Shown here piece by piece: positions 41,547 through 50,961 of a DNA stretch of 64,000 nucleotides. Position 1 is the first letter of the stretch. Every line of letters begins with the position of its first letter. Source of the DNA: Longimicrobiales bacterium (lineage in GTDB: Bacteria > Gemmatimonadota > Gemmatimonadetes > Longimicrobiales > Gaopeijiaceae). The stretch covers positions 832,001-896,000 of the forward strand of contig OZ241869.1 in assembly GCA_965202805.1 (NCBI GenBank). The letters are read 5' to 3'. The position numbers were made by a program, and so were the translations under genes. The notes beneath the pieces are model-generated. The model saw nothing but the letters and a program-made list of their open reading frames with translations. It was not told the origin of the DNA and did no database searches.

Positions 41547-42536
41547 ATGAGAATCGCGCTCGACTCCATGGGCAGCGACGGCGCCCCCGCGACCGAAGTC
41601 GCGGGAGCACTGCACGCACTGCAACACGGAACCGGGGACGTCACCGTCGTTCTGGTGGGAGATCGTGCGCGGATCGCGGCGGAACTGGCTCGGCAGGGCG
41701 CTTCCGCGGGCGAGCGGCTGGAGATCGTCCACGCACCGGAGCGGGTGTCTCCCAACGAATCCCCCGCAGCCGTCGTGCGCCGCAAGCCCGGCTCGTCCCT
41801 CGTGACCGGGATCGGGCTCCATCGCAGGGGCCAGGTGGACGCCTTCGTCAGCGCCGGACCCACGGGCGCGGTGATGGCGGCGTCGGTGTTCCTGCTCAAG
41901 CGGCTGCCGGGAGTGGACCGGCCCGCCGTCGGAACCCTCATGCCCACGACCAGCCGGGCGCACATGCTCATGCTGGACGCCGGGGCGAACGTCGACTGCC
42001 GTCCCCGACACCTCCTGCAGTTCGCGTTTCTCGGCCACGTCTATGCACAGGATCTGATGGGCCGACAGGAGCCCCGCATCGGCCTGCTGAACATCGGTTC
42101 CGAACCGGAGAAGGGGGACGAGCGTACGGTGGAAGCACACCGGCTGCTCAGCCAGAGCGGCCTCAACTTCATTGGCAACGTCGAAGGCCGCGATATCATC
42201 CATGGCCGTTGCGACGTCCTCGTGACCGACGGATTCGCCGGCAACGTGCTTCTCAAGTTCTACGAGTCCGTGGCGGGGTTCGTGATCCGGGTGATGGACC
42301 GCGAGCAGGAGCGCATCCGCATACCGCTGGACCGGTCCACCATCGAGATCCTCGACTACGCCGAATACGGAGGGGCGCCGCTCCTTGGCGTAAACGGGGT
42401 GTCCGTCATCTGCCACGGCAGATCGCCCCCAAAGGCCATCGGCAAGGCCATCGGGGTGGCGGCCCGAGCCGTAAGGACATCCATGATCGGCCATATCGCC
42501 CGCTACCTGGCTGAAACCGCGGCCCGCATCCCATGA
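41547..42536 (+). CDS. plsX: Phosphate acyltransferase
   Basis: 'IALDSMGSDGAP', 'DAGANVD', 'GNVEGRD', 'DGFAGNVLLK', 'YGGAPLLG'. Confidence 0.96.
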   Translation: MRIALDSMGSDGAPATEVAGALHALQHGTGDVTVVLVGDRARIAAELARQGASAGERLEIVHAPERVSPNESPAAVVRRKPGSSLVTGIGLHRRGQVDAFVSAGPTGAVMAASVFLLKRLPGVDRPAVGTLMPTTSRAHMLMLDAGANVDCRPRHLLQFAFLGHVYAQDLMGRQEPRIGLLNIGSEPEKGDERTVEAHRLLSQSGLNFIGNVEGRDIIHGRCDVLVTDGFAGNVLLKFYESVAGFVIRVMDREQERIRIPLDRSTIEILDYAEYGGAPLLGVNGVSVICHGRSPPKAIGKAIGVAARAVRTSMIGHIARYLAETAARIP

Positions 42537-43525
42537 CCTCATCCCGGCCCATTACCGAAATCGCCAGCACGGGACGGTTTCTCCCCGATCGTGTCCTCAC
42601 CAACGAGGACTGGACGCGCATGGTGGACACCACGGACCAGTGGATCGTGGAGCGCACCGGCATCCACGAGCGCCGCGTCGCGAGCCCCTGCACCTCCGTG
42701 TGCGACATGGGCGTGGCCGCGGCGGAGCAGGCACTCGAGCGGGCAGGCGTGAGCGCGGGCGACGTCGACCTGCTGCTGGTCTCAACCGCGACCCCGGACC
42801 GGTTGCTGCCTTCCACCGCCTGTGACATTCAGGCCCGGCTGGGGGCCAACAAGGCGGCCGCCATGGACATCTCCGCGGCCTGCACCGGATACCTCTACAT
42901 CCTGGCGCTGGCGGAGGGATACATCGCCAGCGGCATGGGCGAGGTAGTGCTGGTGGTGTCCACCGAGAAGATGACGTCGATCATGGACTGGGAGGACCGC
43001 TCCACCGCGGTGCTGTTCGGGGACGGAGCGGGCGCCAGCGTGATCCGCCGCGCGAACGGCGACCGCGGGATTCTCGCGAACGACATCCGATCCAACGGCA
43101 AGTTTGCAGACCTGCTCCAGAGGCCCGGCGGAGGCGCGCGCCGGCCCTTCGACGAATCCGTTCTCGCGGATCGCTCCCACCTGCTGCTCATGGAAGGCCG
43201 GGAGGTCTTCAAGAACGCCGTGCGCGCGATGTCGAAATCGGCCCGCCTGGCGATCCAGCAAGCCGGCTGGACGGCGGACGACGTCGACCTCCTCATCCCC
43301 CACCAGGCCAACATCCGCATCATCGAGGCGACCGCCCGCTACGCGCGCGTTCCCATGGAGAAGGTGTACGTCAACGTTCACCGCTATGGCAACATCAGTT
43401 CGGCGACCGTTCCGGTCGCGCTCGACGAGGCGCTGGAGCGGGGGCGCATCGGGCCCGGGTCCAATGTCCTGCTCGTCGCCTTCGGAGCAGGTCTGACATG
43501 GGGCGCCACGGCTCTTCGCGTGTAG
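42533..43525 (+). CDS. fabH: Beta-ketoacyl-ACP synthase III
   Basis: 'WIVERTGI', 'AACTG', 'PHQANIRI', 'GNISSA'. Confidence 0.96.
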   Translation: MTSSRPITEIASTGRFLPDRVLTNEDWTRMVDTTDQWIVERTGIHERRVASPCTSVCDMGVAAAEQALERAGVSAGDVDLLLVSTATPDRLLPSTACDIQARLGANKAAAMDISAACTGYLYILALAEGYIASGMGEVVLVVSTEKMTSIMDWEDRSTAVLFGDGAGASVIRRANGDRGILANDIRSNGKFADLLQRPGGGARRPFDESVLADRSHLLLMEGREVFKNAVRAMSKSARLAIQQAGWTADDVDLLIPHQANIRIIEATARYARVPMEKVYVNVHRYGNISSATVPVALDEALERGRIGPGSNVLLVAFGAGLTWGATALRV

Positions 43526-43551
43526 CGGCTTCCAACGCCGATCGTCATCCG

Positions 43552-44502
43552 GTGTCACTGGCGCTCCTCTTCCCCGGACAGGGGTCGCAGTTCCCGGGGA
43601 TGGGACGCGAGCTGGCGGCCGCATATCCGGAGGCTGCCCGGGTCTTCGAGCGCGCGGACGACATTCTCGGGTTTTCGCTTTCGCGCCTCGCCTGGGAAGG
43701 ACCCGGGGACCAGCTGCTGCAGACGCACAACGCACAGCCCGCGATCCTGGTCCACTCTCTCGCCGCGCTCGCGGTCCTCAGGCCGCGGCTGGGACCCGTC
43801 GACTGCGCCGCGGGCCATTCGCTGGGGGAATTCTCGGCGCACGCAGCCGCCGGTACGCTCGGATTCGAGGACGCCGTGCGCGCCGTCCGGCGCAGGGGCG
43901 AGCTGATGCGGGAGGCGGGGCGCGCCCGCCCCGGGGCCATGGCCGCCATCCTGGGCCTGGGAGAGCCCGCCATACGTGGCGTGTGCAATGCCGTATCCCG
44001 ACCGGGACGGGTCTGCGTCCCGGCCAACTTCAACGCCCCGGGGCAGATCGTGGTCAGCGGGGATGCGGGGGCGATCGACGACGTCCTGGTGCGCGCCAGG
44101 GAAGCCGGTGCCCGGAGGGCCATGCGGCTGGCGGTGTCCGGCGCCTTTCATTCGCCTCTGATGAGCGGGGCCGAGGAGGGTTTGCGGAAGTGTTTCCGCA
44201 GCCTATCTTTCGGACCGTCCGAGTTTCCGGTCTTTTCGAACGTGACCGCCGGGGCCGTCCGGGATCCCGGCCTCGCGCGTCGCCTGCTGGTCCGGCAGCT
44301 CACTTCTCCGGTCCTGTGGTCCCAATCGGTCAGGTCCATGGTCGAAAGCGGTGTGGAGCGGTTCGTCGAAATCGGTCCCGGTTCCGTGCTGTCCGGATTG
44401 AGCCGGCGCAGCGTCCGGGGCATCAGCGCCGTTTCCGTAGGCACCGCGAAGGGCGTGCGGAAACTGTTTCCCGATCCGGTCGCGACCGGGAGCGGATCAT
44501 GA
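43552..44502 (+). CDS. fabD: Malonyl-CoA:ACP transacylase
   Basis: 'FPGQGSQ', 'GHSLGE', 'SGAFHSPLM'. GTG at 43552. Confidence 0.96.
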   Translation: MSLALLFPGQGSQFPGMGRELAAAYPEAARVFERADDILGFSLSRLAWEGPGDQLLQTHNAQPAILVHSLAALAVLRPRLGPVDCAAGHSLGEFSAHAAAGTLGFEDAVRAVRRRGELMREAGRARPGAMAAILGLGEPAIRGVCNAVSRPGRVCVPANFNAPGQIVVSGDAGAIDDVLVRAREAGARRAMRLAVSGAFHSPLMSGAEEGLRKCFRSLSFGPSEFPVFSNVTAGAVRDPGLARRLLVRQLTSPVLWSQSVRSMVESGVERFVEIGPGSVLSGLSRRSVRGISAVSVGTAKGVRKLFPDPVATGSGS

Positions 44503-45239
44503 GCGGCGCGCTGGCCGGGCAGACCGCCCTGGTCACCGGCGGATCGCGGGGCATCGGGCTCGCGATTGCACGGGTCCTCGCGTCGGACGGGGCCCGGGTG
44601 GCCATCGTGGACATCGACGACGAAGGGGCGGCCTCCGCCGCGGCTCAGCTCGAGGGCTCCGGTCACGCCGGCTACCGCTGTGATGTCGGAGATCCGCGGC
44701 AGTGCAGCGCCACGGTCGCGGCGGTGACGAAGGCTCAGGGGGTCGTCACGATTCTGGTCAACAACGCCGGCATCACCCGGGACAGTCTTCTCCTGCGCAT
44801 GAAGGACGAGGACTGGGATTCGGTGATCAGGGTCAACCTCACCGGCGCCTTCAACATGACCCGTGCCGCATGCAGGGGAATGATGAAGCGCCGATCCGGC
44901 TCCATCGTCAACATCAGCTCCGTAATCGGCCTGATGGGCAACGCCGGTCAGACCAACTACGGGGCTTCCAAGGCGGGGCTCGTGGGGCTCACAAAGAGCG
45001 TCGCCCGGGAGCTCGCCAAGCGGGGTGTGCGCTGCAACGCGATCGCTCCCGGCTACATCGCAACGGACATGACCGCCGACCTCGACGAGCGCACCACGCG
45101 GGAGCTGGGAACGCGCATCCCGATGGGCCGGCTGGGGAAGCCCTCCGACGTTGCCGACGTCGCGCGGTTTCTCGCTGGACCGGAAGCCCGGTACATTACC
45201 GGTCAGGTCCTGGCCGTGGACGGCGGCATGGCGATGTAG
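44499..45239 (+). CDS. fabG: 3-oxoacyl-ACP reductase
   Basis: 'TGGSRGIG', 'NNAGITRD', 'YGASK'. ATG at 44499. Confidence 0.96.
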   Translation: MSGALAGQTALVTGGSRGIGLAIARVLASDGARVAIVDIDDEGAASAAAQLEGSGHAGYRCDVGDPRQCSATVAAVTKAQGVVTILVNNAGITRDSLLLRMKDEDWDSVIRVNLTGAFNMTRAACRGMMKRRSGSIVNISSVIGLMGNAGQTNYGASKAGLVGLTKSVARELAKRGVRCNAIAPGYIATDMTADLDERTTRELGTRIPMGRLGKPSDVADVARFLAGPEARYITGQVLAVDGGMAM

Positions 45240-45296
45240 CCCGACAGTTCACTCATTAATGGCGGGAGACCGCAAACATCAGGGAGGAGCAAGGAG

Positions 45297-45539
45297 ATGG
45301 CGGACAGCATCAAGGGCCGGGTGAAGGAGATCATCGTCACTGAACTCGGTGTCGAAGAGGATCAGGTCACGAGCGAGGCTTCGTTCATGGAGGATCTCGG
45401 AGCCGATTCGCTCGACACCGTGGAACTGGTGATGGCCTTTGAGGAAGAGTTCGGAATCGACATTCCCGACTCCGATGCCGAGCAGATGCGCACCGTGGGA
45501 GACGCGATCGGCTACATCCGCAAGGCCGCCGCATCCTGA
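45297..45539 (+). CDS. acpP: Acyl carrier protein
   Basis: '[20 protein letters not shown]'; AAGGAG RBS. Confidence 0.98.
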   Translation: MADSIKGRVKEIIVTELGVEEDQVTSEASFMEDLGADSLDTVELVMAFEEEFGIDIPDSDAEQMRTVGDAIGYIRKAAAS

Positions 45540-45579
45540 CCTCTCTGCGCGGTAGAGGCGCCCGACGGCGCGAGGACAC

Positions 45580-46866
45580 ATGAGCGGCCCTTCGGAGAAC
45601 GGTACCGCCCGGGCAGGCCGGCGGGTTGTCATTACGGGCATGGGGATGATCACTCCCCTCGGCCACGACGCCCCGTCTTCCTGGGCGGCCTTGCTGGCCG
45701 GCACGAATGGCGGTGGCCCGATCACCCACTTCGATGCCGACGACCGCTTCGCCACCCGCATCGCATGCGAGGTCAGGGACTTCGATCCCTCCGGGCACCT
45801 GAACAAGCGGGAGATGCGCCGCTACGACCGCTTCGCGCAGTTCGCCATGGTGGCCGCGGACGAAGCCATGGCATCCGCCGGTCTGGAGGGCTGTCCTCCC
45901 GGTGTCCGCCCGGAACGCTTCGGCGTGATCATCGGCAGCGGGATCGGCGGTGTCGACACCTATGAGACCCAGGTGCGCAAGCTGGTGAAGTCCGGGCCGC
46001 GGCGCATCAGCCCGTTCTTCGTCCCGATGTTCATTCCCAACATCGGATCGGGGCTGGTTTCCATCCGTTATGGGGCCCAGGGGCCGAACCACTCCACCGT
46101 ATCGGCGTGTTCCTCCGGAGCACATGCCATCGGCGATGCCCTTCGCGTCATCCAGAGAGGGGACGCCGACGTAATGGTGGCGGGGGGCGCCGAGGCCGCC
46201 ATCGTGCCCATCTCCATCGCCGGATTCGCCTCCATGAAGGCGATGTCCCGGCGCAACGACAGCCCGGAGACCGCGAGCCGCCCCTTCGACGCCACCCGTG
46301 ACGGCTTCGTCATCGGCGAGGGCGCGGGCTGCCTGGTGCTCGAGGCGCTCGACACCGCCGAAGCGCGGGGAGCGCGCATCCTGGGGGAGGTGGCGGGCTG
46401 CGGGGCCACCGCGGACGCGTACCACATCACGGCGCCGGTCCCCGGAGGCGCGGGCGCCCAGCAGGCGATGCGCCTGGCCCTGGAGGACGGGGGAGTCGCG
46501 CCGGAGGAAGTCGGCTACATCAACGCCCACGGCACGTCGACCCCCTACAACGACGAGGTCGAAACCGCCGCCATCAAGGCGGTGCTGGGAGAAGAAGCGG
46601 CCCGGGCGGCGATCGTGGGCAGCACCAAGTCCATGACCGGGCACACGCTGGGCGCGGCGGGCGCGATCGAATCGGTCATCTCGGTGATGGTGCTGATGGA
46701 GGGCAGGATCCCTCCCACGACCAACTACGAGCACCCCGACCCCGAGTGCGACCTCGACTACGCCACCGACGGCATGGTCGAGAGACCTGTCGAGGCGGCC
46801 CTCTCCAACTCGTTTGGTTTCGGAGGGCACAACGTATGTCTGGCCTTCCGGCGCTGGCACGCCTGA
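45580..46866 (+). CDS. fabF: Beta-ketoacyl-ACP synthase II
   Basis: 'RRVVITG', 'SACSSG', 'NAHGTST', 'KSMTGH', 'NSFGFGG'. Confidence 0.97.
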   Translation: MSGPSENGTARAGRRVVITGMGMITPLGHDAPSSWAALLAGTNGGGPITHFDADDRFATRIACEVRDFDPSGHLNKREMRRYDRFAQFAMVAADEAMASAGLEGCPPGVRPERFGVIIGSGIGGVDTYETQVRKLVKSGPRRISPFFVPMFIPNIGSGLVSIRYGAQGPNHSTVSACSSGAHAIGDALRVIQRGDADVMVAGGAEAAIVPISIAGFASMKAMSRRNDSPETASRPFDATRDGFVIGEGAGCLVLEALDTAEARGARILGEVAGCGATADAYHITAPVPGGAGAQQAMRLALEDGGVAPEEVGYINAHGTSTPYNDEVETAAIKAVLGEEAARAAIVGSTKSMTGHTLGAAGAIESVISVMVLMEGRIPPTTNYEHPDPECDLDYATDGMVERPVEAALSNSFGFGGHNVCLAFRRWHA

Positions 46867-46897
46867 GCGAGCCGTCCCGCGCCTCCCGGAGTCCGCC

Positions 46898-47419
46898 ATG
46901 AGAGTGGGCACGGGATACGACTCGCACCGCTTCGATCCGGGCCGGAAGCTGATGCTGGGCGGCGTCGAGATCCCCGGGGCGCCGGGGCTGACCGGCCACT
47001 CCGACGGGGACGCCGTCGCCCACGCCGTCACGGACGCCTTGCTCGGGGCCGCTGCGGAAGGCGACATCGGAAGCCACTTTCCGCCGGGCGATCCGCAGTG
47101 GCGCGACGCCGACTCCATGGATCTGCTCGGGCGGGTGGTCGCTCTCCTCCGAAGACGGCGGCTGCGGGCGTTCAACGTGGATGTGACCGTGATCTGCGAA
47201 GCACCCCGCATCGGACCGCACGCGGCGAGGATGCGCGCGCGCATCGCCGAAGTGCTCGGGATCGGACCGGGCGCGGTGTCGATCAAGGGGAAGACGAACG
47301 AGGGAATGGGCTGGATCGGCGCGGGCGAAGGGATCGCCGTTCACGCGGTGGCGCTCATCGGCGAGGAGGAGACATGGACGCGACGCTCGACTTCCTCGCG
47401 TCGCTCCCCGCCGGGCTGA
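46898..47419 (+). CDS. ispF: 2-C-methyl-D-erythritol 2,4-cyclodiphosphate synthase
   Basis: 'MRVGTGYDSH', 'GHSDGD', 'GDIGSHFP', 'KGKTNEG'. 3' end overlaps dedA by 46 nt. Confidence 0.95.
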   Translation: MRVGTGYDSHRFDPGRKLMLGGVEIPGAPGLTGHSDGDAVAHAVTDALLGAAAEGDIGSHFPPGDPQWRDADSMDLLGRVVALLRRRRLRAFNVDVTVICEAPRIGPHAARMRARIAEVLGIGPGAVSIKGKTNEGMGWIGAGEGIAVHAVALIGEEETWTRRSTSSRRSPPG

Positions 47420-47994
47420 CCTATCTGGTGCTCGGGGCGGGGGCGGCCCTCGAGAACATCGTGCCGCCGATTCCCGCCGACACCTTCATTCTGCTGGGGG
47501 GCTTCCTCGCCGCGCGCGGGCCGGCGGATGTGGTGCTGGTCTTTCTGGTCACCTGGATGGCCAACACCTCGGGTGCCCTGCTGGTGTACTGGGCGGGACA
47601 CCGCTTCGGCCCGCCCTTCTTCGACACCCGGTTCGGCCGGCTCCTGCTTCAACCGGGGCAGCTCGCGCGCCTGCGCCGCTTCTACCGGCGGCGGGGAACA
47701 CCGGCCATCTTCCTTGCCCGTTTTCTTCCCGGCCTGCGCGCGGTGGTGCCCGCCTTCGCGGGGGTCGCCCGGCTGCCCTTCGCCTCCGTCGCGCCGCCCG
47801 TAACGGTGGCCTCCGCCATCTGGTACGGCGGGCTGGTCTGGCTGGGGTCGGTCGCCGGTGAAAACCTCGACACCATCGCCGAGTGGTTCGCGGCGGCCAA
47901 CCGCCTTCTGCTGGTCATCGCGACCGTGATCGCAGCGGTGATCCTGGCGGCCTGGCTGCGGACCCGCGGGTCGGCCTCAAGCTCCGGGAAATGA
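47374..47994 (+). CDS. DedA family membrane protein
   Basis: 'LENIVPPIPAD', 'LARFLPGLR', multiple TM segments; GAGGAG RBS then ATG at 47374. Confidence 0.92.
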   Translation: MDATLDFLASLPAGLTYLVLGAGAALENIVPPIPADTFILLGGFLAARGPADVVLVFLVTWMANTSGALLVYWAGHRFGPPFFDTRFGRLLLQPGQLARLRRFYRRRGTPAIFLARFLPGLRAVVPAFAGVARLPFASVAPPVTVASAIWYGGLVWLGSVAGENLDTIAEWFAAANRLLLVIATVIAAVILAAWLRTRGSASSSGK

Positions 47995-48908
47995 CCGGGG
48001 AGCGGGGAGACCGGGTCGCGAGGGCCTTCCGGGAGGAGCTCTTCGCGGACTACCTGGCCTTCGAGCGAGGCCTCTCGGCAACCACGATGGAAGCGTACGG
48101 GCGCGACGTGGCGCGGCTGATCCGGTATCTCTCGGACCGGGGCATCGTCCGGCCGCAGGACGTCACCCGCCTCGAGCTCCGGGACCATGTGTACTCCCTC
48201 AAGGACAGGGGGCTGGCGCCGACCTCGATCCGGCGTGCCCTGTCGTCGATGCGGGCCTACTTCGCCTTTCTCCTCGAGGAAGAGGTCATCGAGACGGATC
48301 CCACCGAGCAGATCGAGTCGCCGCGCGTCTGGCGAACCCTCCCCGAAGTCCTGGGCACGCGGGAAACGGAGCGTCTGCTGGAGGCGCCCGACCCTTCCCA
48401 TCCGCTGTGCTGGCGCGACCGCGCCGTCCTGGAGCTCCTGTACGCCACGGGCATGCGCGTCTCCGAACTGGTGGGATTGCCCCTGCAGAGCCTCGACCTC
48501 GAGGACCGCACATGCCTGGTGTACGGCAAGGGCGCGAAGGAGCGCATGGTGCCCTTCGGCCGCGCCGCCCGGCGCGCGCTGCTGCGTTATCTGCGGGATG
48601 TGCGGCCGGAGCTGGAGCGGGGCAGGGCCGAGGGAATGGTCTTCCTCAGCGCCAGAGGCCGCCCGCTCACCCGCATGGCCGTGTGGACCATCGTGCGCAA
48701 GGCACGGGACAGGGCCGGGATCGAGAGACCCGTCTCCCCGCACACCCTCCGTCACAGTTGCGCGACCCATCTGCTGGAGGGAGGCGCCGATCTGGCCGCG
48801 GTCCAGGAACTGCTCGGCCACGTCGACATCGCCACAACGGAAATCTACACGCACGTCGACCGTGAATACGTGCACGAGATGCACCGGACCCACCACCCCA
48901 GGGGATGA
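47991..48908 (+). CDS. xerD: Site-specific tyrosine recombinase XerD
   Basis: 'ERGLSATTMEAY', 'LYATGMRVSEL', 'GKGAKER', 'HTLRHSCATHLL', 'LLGH...TTEIYTH'. Confidence 0.93.
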   Translation: MTGERGDRVARAFREELFADYLAFERGLSATTMEAYGRDVARLIRYLSDRGIVRPQDVTRLELRDHVYSLKDRGLAPTSIRRALSSMRAYFAFLLEEEVIETDPTEQIESPRVWRTLPEVLGTRETERLLEAPDPSHPLCWRDRAVLELLYATGMRVSELVGLPLQSLDLEDRTCLVYGKGAKERMVPFGRAARRALLRYLRDVRPELERGRAEGMVFLSARGRPLTRMAVWTIVRKARDRAGIERPVSPHTLRHSCATHLLEGGADLAAVQELLGHVDIATTEIYTHVDREYVHEMHRTHHPRG

Positions 48909-48918
48909 TGGCTGACAG

Positions 48919-50724
48919 CTAGCTGCCGCTGCCCGCCAGTCTGAAGAGGTCCGCCTGGGTGTCCGCCTCGCGCACGAGCCGGACCGCTTCGGCCAGGACG
49001 GGATCGCGCTGGATGCGGAAGCGCAGCAGGCGCTCGTCGTCCATGCGCTGAGACAGGGCGATCTCGAGCCGCCAGAGCAGATAGTCCCGGGTCGCCGGAT
49101 CCCCGAGGGTCGTCTCGGGCACCCCCGCATCGCGCATCTCGACGATCAGCGATTCGAGGATCTCCTCGGTGATCACTGCTTCGGCGCCGTCATTGGCGAC
49201 GGCCTGCGAGCGCTCGAAGCCAATTTCGGCCAGCCTCAGCCCGAAGGGGAATTCGGCATCCCTGGCTTCCTCCAGGAGCTGGCGCTCGACGACCAGCAGC
49301 GTGTCGTCTTCGATCTCCAGATCCGGGAAGACCCCGCCGCCACCCCTGAGTTCGCGCCCGGCTTCGGTGGCGAAGACGGGAAACGCGGTGGAATCCTCGG
49401 GGAGCGGCAGCCCGTGTGCGTCCCGCTGGCGGTGCAGCGACCGGCCCAGCGGCGTGTACCATTCTCCCGTCGTCAACTGTAGCTGCCAGCCTTCGGGAAG
49501 CGGCACGACGGATTGAACCACCCCCTTTCCGAAGGTGCGCGCACCGATCACCAGCGCGCGGTCGTGGTCCTGCAGGGCGCCGGAGAGGATTTCCCCGGCC
49601 GAAGCCGTGAAGCCGTCGACCAGCACCACCAGCGGCTTGTCCCCGACACTGGCTCGATCGCGGGTGTACACCGCGTCCTCGTGCTCGCCGGGCCCGCGGC
49701 GCGGGTTTCGGCCGCGCGTGCTGACGATGCGCTTGCCCCGGTCGAGGAAGAGGTCGGTCAGCGTGAGCGACTCGTCCAGGTATCCCCCCGGATTGCGGCG
49801 CAGATCCAGGATGACGCCTCTGGCGTCCGCGACCAGGGCGAAGGCGGAATCCATCTCGGCGGTGGAGCCGCGGGCCACCCGGTCCAGCTGGATGTAGCCG
49901 ACATCCTCGTCCACGTAGCCGGCGTGCACCGACGAGACGTGAATGTTGTCGCGTTCGATGTCGTGGGGGATGGGCGCGGAGAAGCCGTCGCGTTCGACCG
50001 ACACGGTGACCATGGTGCCGGGGGTGCCGCGAATGCGATCACGGGCTATATCGGTAGTCCAGTCCTCGGCGTTCTCGCCGTCCACGCCCACGATCACATC
50101 GCCCACCTGGATTCCCACTCGCTCGGCCGGGAATCCGCGGAAGACCGCGGTGACCGTGACGCGATCATTCAACTGCTGGATCGCCACGCCGATGCCCGCG
50201 TAGTTGCCGGTGGTGCTCTCTCTGAACACCTCGACGCGCCGGGGGCTGAGCACCTCGGCGTAGGGGTCGTTCAGCGCCTCGATCAGCCCTCCGATCGCTC
50301 CCCGCCAGAGCACGGAATCACCGGGAGCGTCGGAACCAGACCGTTTGATGCTGTCGAAGGCGCTCAGAAACCGCTGGTCATCAACGGCGGCAATCCGCAG
50401 GAGTTGCTCGTCCACAGCGGAAATCACCGCGCGAACGTCTTCCCGGTCCGGTGCCGAGTCGGTTGAATCCGCGCCCAGCGTGAACCAGTTCGCCGTTTTC
50501 AGCAACCCGCCCAGGGCCGCCCGCCACAGGGTCGAGTCGGCAGGCGCATCCCAGCTGAAGCGCTTGATGACCTCGAAGGTGCGGAGGAACTGCTGGCCAT
50601 TCACCGTCGCCGGGGCTTCCGCGTCGGGCTGGCCTGTCGATCCGGTTTCCTGTCCGGCGAGGTCGGCGGCCCAGACCGGCAGAGCGAGCAGGAACGCCGC
50701 AAGTATCGATCTCGTGCAGGTCAT
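48919..50724 (-). CDS. S41A C-terminal processing peptidase (CtpA-like) with duplicated N-terminal segment
   Basis: Signal peptide; 'LNDPY'; PDZ 'GIGV'; 'DLRRNPGG'; catalytic 'TASAGEI' and 'TFGKG'. Confidence 0.92.
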   Translation of the reverse strand: MTCTRSILAAFLLALPVWAADLAGQETGSTGQPDAEAPATVNGQQFLRTFEVIKRFSWDAPADSTLWRAALGGLLKTANWFTLGADSTDSAPDREDVRAVISAVDEQLLRIAAVDDQRFLSAFDSIKRSGSDAPGDSVLWRGAIGGLIEALNDPYAEVLSPRRVEVFRESTTGNYAGIGVAIQQLNDRVTVTAVFRGFPAERVGIQVGDVIVGVDGENAEDWTTDIARDRIRGTPGTMVTVSVERDGFSAPIPHDIERDNIHVSSVHAGYVDEDVGYIQLDRVARGSTAEMDSAFALVADARGVILDLRRNPGGYLDESLTLTDLFLDRGKRIVSTRGRNPRRGPGEHEDAVYTRDRASVGDKPLVVLVDGFTASAGEILSGALQDHDRALVIGARTFGKGVVQSVVPLPEGWQLQLTTGEWYTPLGRSLHRQRDAHGLPLPEDSTAFPVFATEAGRELRGGGGVFPDLEIEDDTLLVVERQLLEEARDAEFPFGLRLAEIGFERSQAVANDGAEAVITEEILESLIVEMRDAGVPETTLGDPATRDYLLWRLEIALSQRMDDERLLRFRIQRDPVLAEAVRLVREADTQADLFRLAGSGS

Positions 50725-50961
50725 GGCGATTCGTGTCGGGAAAGGTCGATGGCTGCAGGGTAGACCCCGGAGGCTGTGGACTCGTTCCCGGAGCCGGTTC
50801 GACCCGCATCTGCGTCGTGCGATCAGTTATCGTGCAATCGGATGGATCACCCGGCAACCATCGCGGCGTTTGGCGGACCGCGCGGTTATCATACCTTGTC
50901 GGGAGATGTCCCGCTTGCCGCACTGCGAACCGGAACCCACTCCCATTACGACGTGCCGCTC

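Noticed and set aside
45297..46866. ACP plus ketosynthase as a secondary-metabolite (PKS) cluster
   Set aside because: This is the canonical rpmF-plsX-fabH-fabD-fabG-acpP-fabF fatty-acid synthesis operon.
47991..48908. Tyrosine recombinase as a prophage or island integrase
   Set aside because: It has XerD-like features, is coupled to dedA in a housekeeping operon, and has no att sites or cargo genes nearby.
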